Positions 37,916 through 51,537 of a stretch of DNA of 64,000 nucleotides are shown here, piece after piece (within the stretch, counting starts at the first letter, position 1; every line of letters begins with the position of its first letter). The notes under the pieces were generated by a model. The model saw only the letters and a program-made list of their open reading frames with translations. It was not told the origin of the DNA and did not search any database. The stretch lies in contig NC_058368.1 of the NCBI RefSeq assembly GCF_018350175.1, forward strand, positions 205,098,001-205,162,000, given 5' to 3'. This stretch comes from Felis catus. Taxonomy: Eukaryota. The position numbers and the translations under genes were made by a program.

Positions 37916-38594
37916 AGAAAATGTTATTTCTAAATTTACAATCATGCCTGAGGTTAAATGCAGACTTAACGTTTGTTAGTTTTAACCCTGATGGAGTGGA
38001 TTTAGGTATTGAGGTGCCCTGGTAAGTGATCGAGAGAAATGAAATTTAGGGATTAGTGTTAAATGTTGACAACAGGCATTGCAATGATTTGTGGCAGTGG
38101 GAATTACTCTTTTCAATAATTATGACAGTAAAGAAGGATAGCGGTATCATTGCTAAGTAAGAGGGACAGGAGAAAAGCTGGGAGAAAACAAAAGGAATCT
38201 GAACCACTTTGCATGAAGTTCATTCAACAAAAGGAATTGCAAATGGTTTTCATGGCCTTTATGAAACACTGGGATTTTACATTTTCCACAGAGACAGAGT
38301 GGTATGAGCTGAAAGGGCATTGAGAGAGACAAGAAAGAGTATAAAGAGTAATGCACAGTATCCACTGACAGATTTTTAGCCTGGGATCCACAGATCATTT
38401 CAAGGAGCCTGTACACAAATTTTGCATCTGTGTGTATTTTCAGGGGTTCATGAAAGTTAAGAAGCTCTAAGTATGGTATAATTTTCTACTTATTTAATCA
38501 AATACGTGGTCTGCTATTTACTTTTGAATACTTCATGTTAAATCGTGTGATATAGTTGTGTCTATTACCTAGCTTTAACTGACATCCTAGTGTA

Positions 38595-38800
38595 GCAGTT
38601 CAGTGTGGTCCCACACACCTCCGGGGCTCTCCAGGACCCATTTAGTTCAAAACTATTTTCACGATAATACTAAAAAGTCAATTACCTTTTTTACCGTGTT
38701 GACACTTGCGCTGATGGTGCAAAAATGGTGGTCAATAAAACTGCTGGTGCCTCAGCATGCATTAAGGCAGAAGTGCATAAGGTAGGGGCAGTATATTCTT
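38595..38800. mobile_element. Charlie1-like hAT DNA transposon end fragment
   Basis: gtgtggtcc..tcaaaactattttcacgataatactaa..gttgacacttgcgctgatggtgcaaaa..taaaactgctggtgcc. Confidence 0.7.
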
Positions 38801-39849
38801 CGGGTTCCATTTTGGGGGGTGGGGCAGAAATTTCTATTTATTTTCAGTTTACCACAAGAACAACGTGTGCAGTCACTATACTATCATGCTAAGCATTTGT
38901 CCAGAGAAATTGTCAAGAAAAAATGAGCGCAAAACCACTAAACTCAAAACCTGTGAGTTCACAGCAGCAAATTCTGCTACTTAGCGTACAGTGGTGGACA
39001 GGTGGGTTACAGCAGGCACCAGCACTGACTCACACGGCAGGGGCCCCTGAGTTACTGCCTGTAGGATACACAGCAGACTCCTCTCTCCTCTCCATCTACG
39101 CTCCTGTCAGCACAGCAGCTTCCCAGGGCCCAGGGCTCAGGGTAATTGGGCCTAGTATCATAACTACAGATACCATTTCCTGCCAGTTAGGTTAGAGGGA
39201 AAGTCTACCCAGAAAGGAAAATTGGAGGATCCTTCCTTTCATGTGCACCTATTTGTGTTGGATACCTGTATTCTCCTGGCCAGCCAAAAGGAAACATCTC
39301 TTGAGGAAACCTAGGTCAGGAAGAATTTGGGACGGGGCTCCCCACGGATGCACATCTCCACTTCTGATGAAGATAGCCCCTGTCTTCTGTGTCTGGGATC
39401 CTTCAGAAGTGCTGGTGATTGCAGGGGTCAGCCTGCCCTTCCACAGTGGCCCTTCCTCCTTCCCTGTCCTAATGTTCTATTGAGCCCTTAATCCCTTTAT
39501 CATTCCTGGAGACATCATGATACAGTTCTGCTTACCAACATAGTTTGCATGCACAGCCCTGGTCTCAGCATTCTGAATTGTCTGTGCCATGACAAAGATA
39601 GGGAGCAGAGAGTTCAAGGAATTCCACATAGGACATGACAGTAATTTCAAATGGAAAAAGACTGTCTTGCCTAAAGCACCCACCTCTGAAGGGATTTGAA
39701 GGACCACGGGGAGTGGGCCAGCAGTGACAACAAAATGACATATTGACTCCCAAGGATGACATATTAAAAAGCTGAGTAGAGTCTGGCAGTCTTAGTTTTA
39801 GTGATACAGTTTTAGAGTTCAAGGTTTGACAAGATAGAGGAACCTTGGT

Positions 39850-40800
39850 AAACATTCCAGGATTTCATTTGAAACCCCAGAAGATGGAATCCTAAGAATG
39901 GGCCAAACAGAAATAGATCAGCCCTCAAAAAAACTGGCAGAGAGACTTGAGGGCCCTTAGTCCCTGCTTATATTATGCTAACTTGCCCCTGGGAAAACTA
40001 CATGCCAGAAACAAAAGCAAATTCTCTTTAGAAAAAGATACAATCTCTGATTATTAAATGATTCTTCATAGGCAAGATCCTGCATTTAATCAAAGCTATC
40101 TTTGTTTTTCAGCATCTTGACACCATGATGTGCCTATGTGTGATTTTCTTTTTATTTATACTACTCAGTTTATTAGTGTTTCTTGAATCTCTGGTTTGAT
40201 GTCTTTTGTCACTTTGGGCATACCAAAAGACAAGTCCAAAGGACTGAAAACTAGGAAAAAATATGTATAGGAAATCCAGATTTTGAAGTTATTATGCAGG
40301 GGTTTAACCATGATTAATACATTCAAGAAGATACAGGAGAAGGTGAAATTTTTCAGCCAAGAAGTAGAATCTATTTTAAAAATATCCATAGAAACACTGA
40401 AATTTTAAAATGTAATAACTGAAATTAAGAACTTAATAGATGGATGCAGGGACAAAACCAAATCAAAAAATAGAGAACTGGTAAAAAAAAAAAAAAAAGT
40501 TTAAGCCAGAAACCAGTGAAACTGGGTATCTACATGAAGTATATGGAAATGAGGTGGAAAGTAAATGTAACTTCTTCAAATATTCATTTTTATCTAGCTT
40601 GGGATTTGTAATCATATTACTGTTTTACATATTTGAAAAAGTTTTAAAATCAACAATAAAGGGAAATTAAAATAGAAACAAATAAATATAATCATGTATC
40701 AGATAACTATGAGAATTAAAAAGAGGCCAGTATCACAACCATGAATTTTATTAAGAATTAATACTAGATTTTACATTTCAATAAAAGAACTTACACAAAA
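39850..40800. mobile_element. Old L1M fragments (ORF1-like and 3' pieces)
   Basis: aaatccagattttgaagttatt..aataactgaaattaagaacttaatagatgga ORF1-like motifs. Boundaries and orientation uncertain. Confidence 0.5.
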
Positions 40801-40831
40801 CCACAAATAAAGATGGGGTCTATTATGCTAT

Positions 40832-41280
40832 ATGTTTTCTTAGGTCAGCTTCCTTAGAAGCAGAATGTGAGATGGGGATTTATGTGCAAGTGATTTATTA
40901 GGAGAATATGCTCAGAAAAATCCTCTATGGGAGTGAGGGAAGCAGGCTAGTCAAGTGAAGCAAATTAGCAAGGAGGTGATTTCAGATAAAACCTTGTCTC
41001 AGACTGATCGCACATAGAGATATGAAACCTAAATTATGCCAGAATTTGTTCTGCCTAGACAAGGGGCTGGGCTTGCATAGGCCTGTATCTGTCATTCATT
41101 GGATAAAGGCCATTCCAAAGGAGAGGCATATAATCCTCAAGTAACCTAGGAGTGATGGGTCTAGCTACGAGTGTCTCTCCAGAGATTGGTAGCAGCAACT
41201 CCTAAACAGCTACAAGTGGGGAATACCAAAGAAGTAAAAAGAGTTCCTGAGATCTGGGCAGGACCACACAGCTTCTACAA
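40832..41280 (-). mobile_element. ERVL LTR (LTR16C/E-like)
   Basis: cttaggtcagcttccttagaagcaga..gagatggggatttatgtgcaagtgatttatt..gggagtgagggaagcagg, ending ctaca. Confidence 0.65.
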
Positions 41281-41379
41281 CATCCATGTGTAAGTTCCAT
41301 GAGTTAAATTCCTCCTAGAATTTTGTTCTGAGAAAAGCACACTATGTGGTCTATCATGGTCTGAATGCTGTAATGACAA

Positions 41380-41590
41380 TGATTATAATTATAATGTGGT
41401 GCATACTAGGTGGCATTCATCTCCCATAAAGGGTTTTGCATGTGTCAACTAATGTAATCCTTATTAATGACCCTAAGCTGGAGAAACTATTATTACATTT
41501 ACTTTTATAGGTGAAGAAACCGAGGTAGAAAGAGTTTAAAGTTACACAGTTAATGGGAGACTGGGATTTGAACCTAGTAAAGTTCTAGAA
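41380..41590 (-). mobile_element. MIR SINE
   Basis: ttttataggtgaagaaaccgagg..ctgggatttgaacctag. Confidence 0.75.
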
Positions 41591-44029
41591 TTTCTTACCT
41601 AGTAGGGAAAGAAAAATATACATTCTCTTTATGTTGTGTTAGGTTACAACCTGGGCCACAACTGACTGCACTGAGAATTAACACTGAATTCAAAGGCAGC
41701 TCTCTCCAGACCAGACATGAGAAAGGCCAGTAGGCTATCAAAGGCATTGGATGAGATATCTATTGAGTGATACTGTAATCTGAATACTGGTCAGTTAATC
41801 AAATCACAATATTTAAATGTGACAAAAGGTAGAGAGTCAGGAGTAGAGGTCAAAGTCTTAGATAGAAGCCAGTAAGCAGAGACCTTCAAAGGATAGAAAC
41901 AGGATCAGTAGATGGAAGTGGAAAGAGGAAGGAAGTAATGAGAGGATGAATCATACATATATATGAGTGGGCACAGAGTTGGGGCAGGAACTCCAAAGGA
42001 ACTGACAAGGGAACTGAGACACTAGTCTGGGGCTGCAAAAATTGTTAATGGGACACTTCTCTTGTTGTGGCACATCAACCCACATTTTAGCTGTTGTAAT
42101 GTATTTTTAATATAATAAAACTTCATCAACATATTTTTTTAACAACTGAACTGAAGGAAAATATAAATCCCATCTGATGAGCTGGGATGCCTCATTTTAT
42201 CAGACAAGGGGGCCAAAAATATCCATTATGTTTCCTTTTATGACTTAGCTGTTGAATGGCATAAAGCTAAATCTAGTTTCAAGACTGGGAACAATTTTAT
42301 TCCCATATTCTGATAAAATATTATATATGTATAAGGATTGCTCATGGCACTCATTTTTTGATCTGTAATTGTTCGGCTTTAATCTAGGTTTGATATTTTA
42401 AGCTTCCTTTTTTGAAAACAAGCACAGCATAAATTTCAAATAGCAATATGGGAGAGATAAAAATGTTATTTCATATCAGGTCATGGTGTAGGAATATATG
42501 ACAAAGCAAGTTGATAGACATAAAGTAAAACATCATGGAGTAAAAGCATGTGACAAAAGACAGGAAGTTAATTTACACATTAGCAAAGTACACAGCTCCT
42601 TAAAATGCCGCCAAGAGTGGCAAAGAATGGCCAAGGAAACCATTTCCTTGCGTAGCAAGAGCAAAATACTTTATGTTGGGAAACAGGAAGATGGAAATTC
42701 ATACTGGTTGTGACTATTACTATTTATTTAATCTTTTGTAAAATCAGCTATTGTAAAAGTTTGTAAAAAAAAAAAAAGCAAAAACTGAAATGTGAGAGTA
42801 AATGCAAAGTAACTGAATAAATACATTAAATAGTACTTGACTAGATTAGAACTTTGTTACTTAATGCAATAATTATCAACTCTTAGAAGCTGTGGAACAT
42901 CAATAATAACATAACCCAATGCAGAAGTAAAACTAAAACCTCCCAAATCTCAACTAATCAGAATTTTTAGGACATAACTACATTTTTTGTTTCTAATTTT
43001 TTTCTATTAACCGAGAGTTCACCAGTTAGTCCATTTTGCTTCAACCCTCTGCAGCTAAAAATATCTATAATTATCATGGTAGCCATCAGTTTAAATTGTT
43101 GTTAGGGGAGCCTCTTTGATAGAATATAAATGTTACGACTAAAGGTGCTTTTAAGGAAATACATTTCTCACTTGCCACAGGAAGTTTTGTAAAAATACTC
43201 AGCACAGTATCTGGCCCAGAGTAAAAATGCTCTGTGCATGAAAAATTAGTATTAGTATTGATATCATGATTGGCCCACCTATAATAAAGTAGAAAGCAGA
43301 AAGACTACTAAGTTATTGAAGATTTCCTTTATTTTTCAACCCAAGTTTATTTCTTTCTATGATAGTTTTTCATATTTATTGTATAATTTTTTTAAATAGA
43401 AAGAAGAAAAAAATAATGTCAATAAATAAATAGCTGGGCAACCTTTAGCTGTGCTTTAGTAAATTGTTTTAAAACTTTTTCTTTCCTTTGAGAAGTGCAA
43501 AATGTTTCTACACATATCATCTATCTGCATAGCAGTTCTGTGTAATAAAGGGCAGTCACTGTACCCAGTGCATAGAGGAAAAAACATACAGAGGTTAAGT
43601 GATTTTCCTACTTGGTAAAAACAGAACTAGAACCTCTGGCACTTGGTACATGAAGCTCTCACTATTTGGCTTAAGACCATCTTGCTACCAAACAATATTA
43701 ATTACTAAGCACTAAAATATTCATGAGCACAATAATCACATGGATTGATTTAGGCCCTTAACATGTGGTGGGAAACCATTTCTTACCTCCTTTTCCTAAC
43801 AACTAAAGCCCCAATTAGCTAAAATGTGCACTTAATGGTTTTAAATTTTAAATTTCCACCTGTGATACCCTTTGAAGGTATCATGTAACTCTAAAACAGA
43901 AATGAGATTAAAATAAATAGATGGATACAGTCTTGCAAAGAAAATTAGAAAAACATAACATCCTACAATCAGCCAGCACTCCCTAGGATATACTGCTTAC
44001 AACTCAACCCAAAGCTGGCTTCTAGTGAT

Positions 44030-45780
44030 AATCATAGAGGTGGTAAGACAGAAGAGATTAAGATGCACTTTGGAAGTAGAGCTGGCTGGGTTTGCTGACA
44101 AATTAGGTGTGAGAGAAAGAGTCTAAATTCCAACTTTTGAGTCTGAGCAGCAGAGTGAATGTAGAATTATTTCCTAAGATAAGGAAAATGGGAAGAACAT
44201 GTTGGGGGAGATGGAGAATTTGATTTTAAAAATATTAAGTGTAAGTATGTAAATATGTAAACATGTAAATATTAAGTATGTAAAAATATTACATACTTTA
44301 GACCAAGACTTACAGGAGTGATCAGAGCTAAAGATAGAAATGTGGGGGTCATTTGGGTGGCAGGGAACTAGATGGGATCACCAAATGGAGAATTCAGGTC
44401 AAGATTTCTGATGGCTGAAAATTAGAAACACTGAGCCAAGGAGGATCCCACAGACAAGAGGGTGCAATTAGGGAGTTTGTGATGCAGTATGGTATCCCAG
44501 AAACTGAGGGAAGAAAACATTTCAAGACATGTCCCCAAAGTAATGATCAATTCTATTAAATGCTACTAAGAATTCAAATAAGAGGACTGAGACGAGATTC
44601 TTGAGTTTTGCAACATGAGGTTCATTATTGACCCTGAAAATGAGATTTCTATTGGAAATAAAGTTCTAATTGAAATGAGTTGAAATATGAAATGAGAAAT
44701 TAGAGACAAAAGATAAATAACCAGTTCTGGCAGTTTAGTCAAACAGCAAAGCAGAAACAGGACAGTAGCTGGAAGGATCTACGGGGTCAAGCTTTCTGAG
44801 GTTTTTTTTTGGTTTTGTTTGTTTAGACTGACTTGGTTTGTTTGCTTTGTTAAACATGAGAGATAGTACAGCATGTCTGTATGCTGTTGAGAATATAATA
44901 GAGAGAGAAAAACTGATGGTACAGAGGCAAGGAGGAATAACTCCAGGAACAGAGTCCTTAAGTAGAAGAATGACACCAAGTGTATAATTGATATATCAGC
45001 CATAGTTTCAAGCACCAATAATTTATTCACTATAATGGGAGAAAGGTAGAATGCACCAGTTTTGGATGCAGATAGTTTATAAATGGTGTGAAAAAAGATG
45101 AGGAAGGCCTATTCTGCTTACCCCTATTTTGTTAGTGAAAAGAGAAAAAAAAGGCATGAGAGTGATTTTAAGGAGAGGGAAGTTGGGAGAAGAGAAGATA
45201 TAAAAAAGTGGTCTTGGAGAGGGGGAGAATGAACTGACTAGGGAAAACTGTAGTACTACCATTGAGTACTTGGGAACTATAGCATGGCTCTGTGTTTTTT
45301 CCAGGCATCTTTAACTAACTGTTCATCCACAGGCACCGAGACTGAAGACAGTTGGATTTAACCAAGATTGGGGTTTGCCAGTGAGTATAATGATGGGAGA
45401 GAAAATTAGAAGAATTAGGAGTGTATAAAGGGTAAAGATTATAGTAATGATTATAGAATCTAAACCAGAGAAGGAGGGACGCCTGGGTGGCTCAGTCGGT
45501 TAAGCGGCCGACTTTGGCTCAGGTCATGATCTCACAGTTGATGAGTTCAAGTCCTGTATCAGGCTCCGTGCTGACAGCTCTGAGCCTGGAGCCTGCTTTG
45601 ATTCTGTGTCTCCTCCTCTCTGCCCCTCCCCAGCTTGCACTCTGTCTCTGTCTCTCTCAAAAATAAATAAATGTTAAAGAAAAAAAATTTAAACCAGAGA
45701 AGGAAAGGACTAAGTACATTTGCAGATTAATGGAAAAAGCAATAATAAATGCATTAAAAATATCAGCTGGTTCAAGAATG
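44030..45780 (-). mobile_element. Long L2 remnant (interrupted by a SINE)
   Basis: ggaagtagagctggctgggtttgctgac, aaatgctactaagaattcaaataagaggactgag, gagatagtacagcatgtctgtatgctg motifs. Confidence 0.7.
45476..45689 (+). mobile_element. Can-SINE with TSD
   Basis: TSD TAAACCAGAGAAGGA (45461-45475, 45690-45704). Confidence 0.95.
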
Positions 45781-47839
45781 GAAAAGTCTATGGCTCTTAT
45801 CCCCTTTTCTGCAATGGTATGAATATTTTTATAACAAAAGATTTCTTAGAAATGTTAACTATCATATAATATTATTGTATAACAGTCTACATTAAAATGA
45901 TACTAATTTGGTGGAAACTCAGTGAAAGTTACACAGTTTTTTTGACAAATATCTACAAACTTTCATTTATGTATTCCAAACCTAAATCATAGGAAAGTCC
46001 AATTAAACCAGCATTGCCTGTTGGGTTTGTCCAGTACCTAAATCTGTTTTGACTCATTCTTCTCAAACTCTATATCCAAATGAACCCCCAAGCACTTTGA
46101 ATTCTTTTTTCCATAATGCTTCTTTTATTTGTATTACTTCCTTTCATATATACCTTAGACTCATAACGATACAATCTTCATCTAAAGACTCCAGCCTACA
46201 TTGCACTGCAGGATTAACCATCAGGTTCCCTGACATATGCTCCATTTGCAACCTAAATGTGTCTCAAATACAGCTAACTTTGCTTCATTTTATGTCCCAA
46301 TGCAAAATGTTCACATCTTTACAATACTATCCAGTTAATCTGGAATTTCCTGTGCTTTTACATTGTTTTATGTCTTCCCCTTTCCTCCCTGTTTCTATTC
46401 CATACCCCATCCTGTGTATGCCTAAACCTGCCCCTGGAATATTCAGAGGTTCCACTGTGCATTTAGGCAGCTGTGAGGGAGAGACCTTGAGAATCCTGGA
46501 CACCAGGGGACCACAACTAGCTGGCAAAGATCTTCTTTGGCAGCCTTGGTTTGGAAACACTTCACAGGCCGTTTCTTGTGAGCTGGGCAGAGATTGCTCT
46601 TTTGGAAAACTCCCTCCTAGTCAGCTGCATGCTGGCTGGCCTCTGTGCAAAAGTATGATCCTTCAAAAGAAGGCAGCAGAAGTTTGCTTGGGAATCATTT
46701 GTTAAAGATGAGAACGATTGTGATTTTGTGAATTCAATCCTAAGACCAATCAACTTTCTTTCCTTCCTTCAAACATATGGTATGAATATAGAGAGACAAG
46801 TAAGTTTAGTGACTTAACTAAACTTATTTATCACCTCCCCCTTCCCAAAAATAAAAAAATAAAATTTATAAAGGAGAAAAAAAGCCATGGTGGTTTCACA
46901 GCTTAGTTAGAATAGCTGGTGACCCAGCTAAATTCTTCAAAAGCTTTGGCCAGAGGGAGGGGCAAATATGTAAGATAACAAGATATTGATATTTTATACA
47001 ACATAGAGGAGCCGATTATTAGGTCCATAGAATAAAAGAATTTAGCCAAATGCCAGGTTATAAGTTCTTTTCCTGAACACATAATCTAAAAGCCTAAGAA
47101 AGTGTCATGAAACCTGCTGATTGTTCAGGCTGTATGCAAGAAACATTTCTTTGTACTGTCTTTCCAATAGTAAGATTAAAATGATGGCCTAAGGAAGACA
47201 GAGTACAAAGATGTTGGTGAGTGACTTCCTGTGTATAGGAGATGTTTCAGGGACACTGCAAACTGGGCCTTCGAAAGTGTGTCGCTACTTCCTCCCCACA
47301 TGTTCACAGCAGGAGCCCAAACAGCCAACTGGCCTCCTCCTTGTTTCAGGGCAGACAGAGGTCAATGTGACTCAGGATAGAAAGTTGCCAATGGGAAAAT
47401 GAAAACAGACCTAACTGAATGGATTGCAAGAACTGAAAGAAATCACATCAAAGCTCATGAGGTTGACAGAGTGACCCACAGAACGTATAAAGTTCACCAG
47501 TTTCTCATTGGCAATTTAGGTGCAATTCAGAGCAAAGTGTCAGTCCATGCAAATCGCATGACTTGGATCTCCAATGCTTTGCTTTCCACAAAAATGGAAG
47601 GTTCTGCAAACTCTGCATTTTCTCCCATTATATTTGGTGTCTCTAGGGAGGAATGTCAATGAGCATATTGTTAGAGAATGTTGTTGGTAAAAACATGATC
47701 ATAAATCTGGAGTGTTTATGTCTTATTATACTTTTTAAAGGCTCTACCATAGACTAAACTTAAGAAAATTGGTAGTGTCTGGGGAACACATTAAAAATGA
47801 GTTATGTATACAGCCCAACTCAGAAAGCCCAAAAATCAG

Positions 47840-49974
47840 TTGATCAAATATAAGTGGGTCTATTACTGGATATATAACTATAGCTACAGCTATAGGTATA
47901 TTCTTGTGTATGTATATGTGTGTGTGCATAATATATATATATGCACACACACAGACACACACACGTATATATACACACAGACAGTCCTTATGCCAATATC
48001 ATAGTTTTAATTATTTATAGCTTTATAGTAAATTCTCTTTTTCTTTCATTCAAAATTATTTTGGCTATTTTAGATCTTTTGCATTTCCATATAAATTTTA
48101 GAGTCTGCTTGTCGGTTTCTACAAAGAAGCCTTCTGGACTTTTAATTAGCTTAACATTGAAACCATAGACCAATTTGTGAAGAAATGACAGTTTAACAAT
48201 ATGGGATCATCCAATGCAGAAACATAGTATATTTCTACATATATTTATGTGTAATTTCTGTCAGCAATGTTTCATAGTCTTTAGTATACAGAACTTGCAC
48301 ATAATTAAAATTTTTTCCTCTATCTTGGGTTTTTGATGCTACTGTGAATGGTATTGCTTTTAATTTTTATTTTTAAATTTTTTATTACTAGTATATAGTC
48401 ATTTTTGTGTATTAACCTTATAAACTGTAATCTTTCAAAATGCGCTCATTAGTTATGAAAACTTTGTTTTTTAGATTAAGATTTTCTGTATATATGATCT
48501 TCTTATCTGAAAACAAAGACAATTTTACTTTTTGGTTCCAAAATATAACTTTTTTCTTTATTCTTATCTTATTACATAGGCTACCTTCAGTACAATGCTC
48601 AATAGATATGATGAACATAAGTATATTTGCCTTGTTTCTGATTTTAGAAGATGGAATGTCATTCACTCTTTCACTAGTAAGTCTAATGTTAGCTGTGTAA
48701 TTTTGTTATAAATACTATAAGTTGAGAAAATTCCCTTCCATTTCTACATAATCATAAATGAGTATTGAATTGTACTCAATGTTTTTTCTGCATCTGTTTG
48801 GATGATCATATTTTTTATCTTTATTCTTATAAAATGTGAATCTCATTGATTATCAAAAACTAAACCAAATTTCAGTTCCTGAATTAATCCCACACCGGCT
48901 TACAACTTGACAAAAAATTTCTGAGGATTTTTGCATTGATATTCATGAGAGGTATTAGTTTGCAGTTTTATTTTCTCATGTTTCTTTTTTCTGGTTTTAT
49001 TTTTTATCAGGTGGTGCTGGTCTCATTAAATGAAGTAAAAATTTTTTCATTTATCCCTTATTTTGCAAAAGAGTTTGTGCAAGATAGGTATTATTTCTTC
49101 CTTAAATGTCTAGCAGAATTACTGGTAAAGTCATCCAGACCTGGAATTTTCATTGTTCAAATATTTCAGATTACAAATTCAATTTCTCTAACTTAAATAG
49201 AGTTATTCAGATTTGCTCTTTCTTCTTGTGTATGTTTTGTTAATTTGTACTTTGCAAGTAATTTGTGCATTTCATCTATGTTGAATTTATTTGCATATAA
49301 TTGTTCATTATATTTCCTTCCTATCCTCTTAATGTCCACAGGATCATTGATTTATAATAATCATAGTTTGTGTTCTACTCTTCTTGGCCAATATTTTCAG
49401 AGTTTTCCAATTTCATTAAGCTTTTCAAAGACCCTATTTTTGGTTACAATTATTTTTGTCTATTATTTGTACATTTTCTGTTTTACTGATTTTTAATATT
49501 AGATTTATCACTTCCTCTCTTCTTTTACTTTGGGTTTTATTTGCTTTTTCTGGCTTTTTAAAGTAGAAGCTTACAACATTATTTTTCACTTTTCTTCCTC
49601 TTTAATATAAGCATTTAACTTTCTTCTAAACACTACTTTAACTTCATAATAAGGGTTTTGATAATATTTTTTGTTATCATTCAATTCAAAGTATTTTGTA
49701 ATTTTTTTCTTTATAAATGTATAAAGTTAAGTGTCCAACTGGTGATTTCAGCTCAGCTCATGATTTTGTGGTTGTGAGATTAAACCCTGCATCAGGCTCT
49801 GCACTGACAGTGTGGAGCCCCCTTGGGATTCTCTCTCTACCTCTCCTTCAGCCCCTCCAACTCTTGTGCTCTCTCTCTCTCTCTCAAAATAAATAGATAA
49901 ACATTTAAAAAATTAAAATTAAAAATATTTTCAGTTATTGATATATAGTTTAATTTACTTTTGGTCATAAAATT
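47840..49974 (-). mobile_element. Old L1M ORF2 remnant, host of the compound L1; continues at about 58611-59490
   Basis: T-rich reverse-complement ORF2 motifs (ttgcatttccatataaattttagagtc, ttttctgcatct, tttttgcattgatattcatgaga). Confidence 0.8.
49728..49925 (+). mobile_element. Can-SINE (5'-truncated/degenerate)
   Basis: gttaagtgtccaact..cagctcatgat..(CT)n..aaaataaatagataaaca. Confidence 0.85.
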
Positions 49975-51207
49975 AAATTGCTAAATATATTAAAGCCAGA
50001 GTAGCAATATGTATATAAGACAAACTAGATTTTAAACCAAAGACTGTAACAAGAGATGAAGATGGGCACTATATCATAATAAAGGGGACTATGCAACAAG
50101 AAGATCTAACAGTTACAAATATTCATGCCATCAACATGGGAGCACCCAAATATATAAAACAATTAATAACAAACATAAAGGGGGAGGAGCCAAGATAGCG
50201 GAACAGCATGGAAGCTTTTTGTGTGTCTCCTGTCCATGAAATATAGCCAGACCAACACTAAACCATCCTACACAACTAGAAAAGTGATTGGAAGATTAAC
50301 ACAACAATCTGCACAACCTGAACCACAGAATTCAGCAGGTACGTGCGACACAAAGAGCTGAACTTGGGGAGCAAGTAGCCCCGAAAGGTAGGGAACTCCT
50401 TTTGCAGGCAGAGAGAGGACAGAGACTGGGGAGGGGGAGAGCATATGGGAAAAGCACCCCTCCCCAAAAGCAGCTGGAGAGAAAGTGGAAAATTGGAAAC
50501 ACCCTCAGGGACTAAACTAAAAGGGGAGAAAGGAGAAAGGAGAGGGTTTAAATTCCATGAAGACTGTAAATAAGGGGAGCGCAAAGGCTGCAACTCCGCA
50601 GCTCCATACCTGGCGGTGCTCTGGTGGGAAAAGTGAATCCCCAGGAACAGAGTGGGGTCCGGGAGGTTCTCGGGCCACACAGGGAAAAGCGGTTCCACTG
50701 CTGGAAGAACATTTGGTAGAGACTGTTGAAGCCACCTGGTCCCAGCAGACCCGGGAAGGCAGCCACATTCGCTGGTGCTGGGGCAAGGTTGTTGAGGGTG
50801 AAGCCTGGTGCCAGATGTGTGTTGCAATTTTCCTTAATCCCTGAAACACTGATGCTATACTGTCTTGCAATCTTTTTTGGGTGCCACAAAATCATGGCAC
50901 CTGGCCGCAGTCTCGGGGCACCAGCAACAGCAGGGTCCAGTGGGCATTCCTGGGTGCAGCCTACATTCGGCCATTGCTCTTTCAGCCATTGCTCAGTGAG
51001 ACCCTCCCGCAGAGGGGTGGAACGAGTCAAAGCTGCAGTCTTTCGGAAGTAAGGGCCGGGGAAAACAGCTGCATCTGAGACAAAACTTGAGAGAGAGATA
51101 CTGCCTGGGGCCTGGTCACGGAGAGTGGAAAAGCGGAGAGTGGAAGAGAGCTGAAGACGGAGGACAGGTGCGCGATTGCTGATCTGGGAGAACAGACTGG
51201 GCGGCTG

Positions 51208-51304
51208 GATGGCGCCATTTTTCACGGCTCCCGCGCATGCGCATGCGCACCTACAAGCGCCGCAGCAATCCACCCCAGTAGGCTAGCAGCGCCATCTAGT
51301 GGAG
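51208..51304. promoter_or_regulatory. Motif cluster in the L1 5'UTR: YY1-like, tandem NRF1-like and CTCF-like sites
   Basis: GATGGCGCCATTTT; GCGCATGCGCATGCGC; GCAGCGCCATCTAGTGGAG (reverse complement CTCCACTAGATGGCGCTGC). Motif match only. Confidence 0.5.
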
Positions 51305-51537
51305 AGCGGAGCTGTTACACCAAGCCCCACCCAACTGGGCCAACTTTGCTCTTCAAGAACGCAAACCTCACCGCTGGCTTAATGTATGGACTATAAAGAG
51401 CTACATGGACTGACCTCTAGGGGAAAATGAAGCAATTTGAGTCCTACTTCAATCTGTTAGCAGGTTCATCTATTCAGTTTGTTTTCTTTTTTTTTTTCTC
51501 TTTTTCCTTTTTCTCTTTTACACTTTTCTTTTCCTTG

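Noticed and set aside
43862..43883. TGATACC-N7-GGTATCA inverted repeat
   Set aside because: A 7-bp stem is expected by chance in 64 kb; no supporting context.
46049..46705. 218-aa plus-strand ORF, the longest outside L1
   Set aside because: TTG start, S/L/F/C-rich composition typical of non-coding frames, no domain or exon boundaries recognised.
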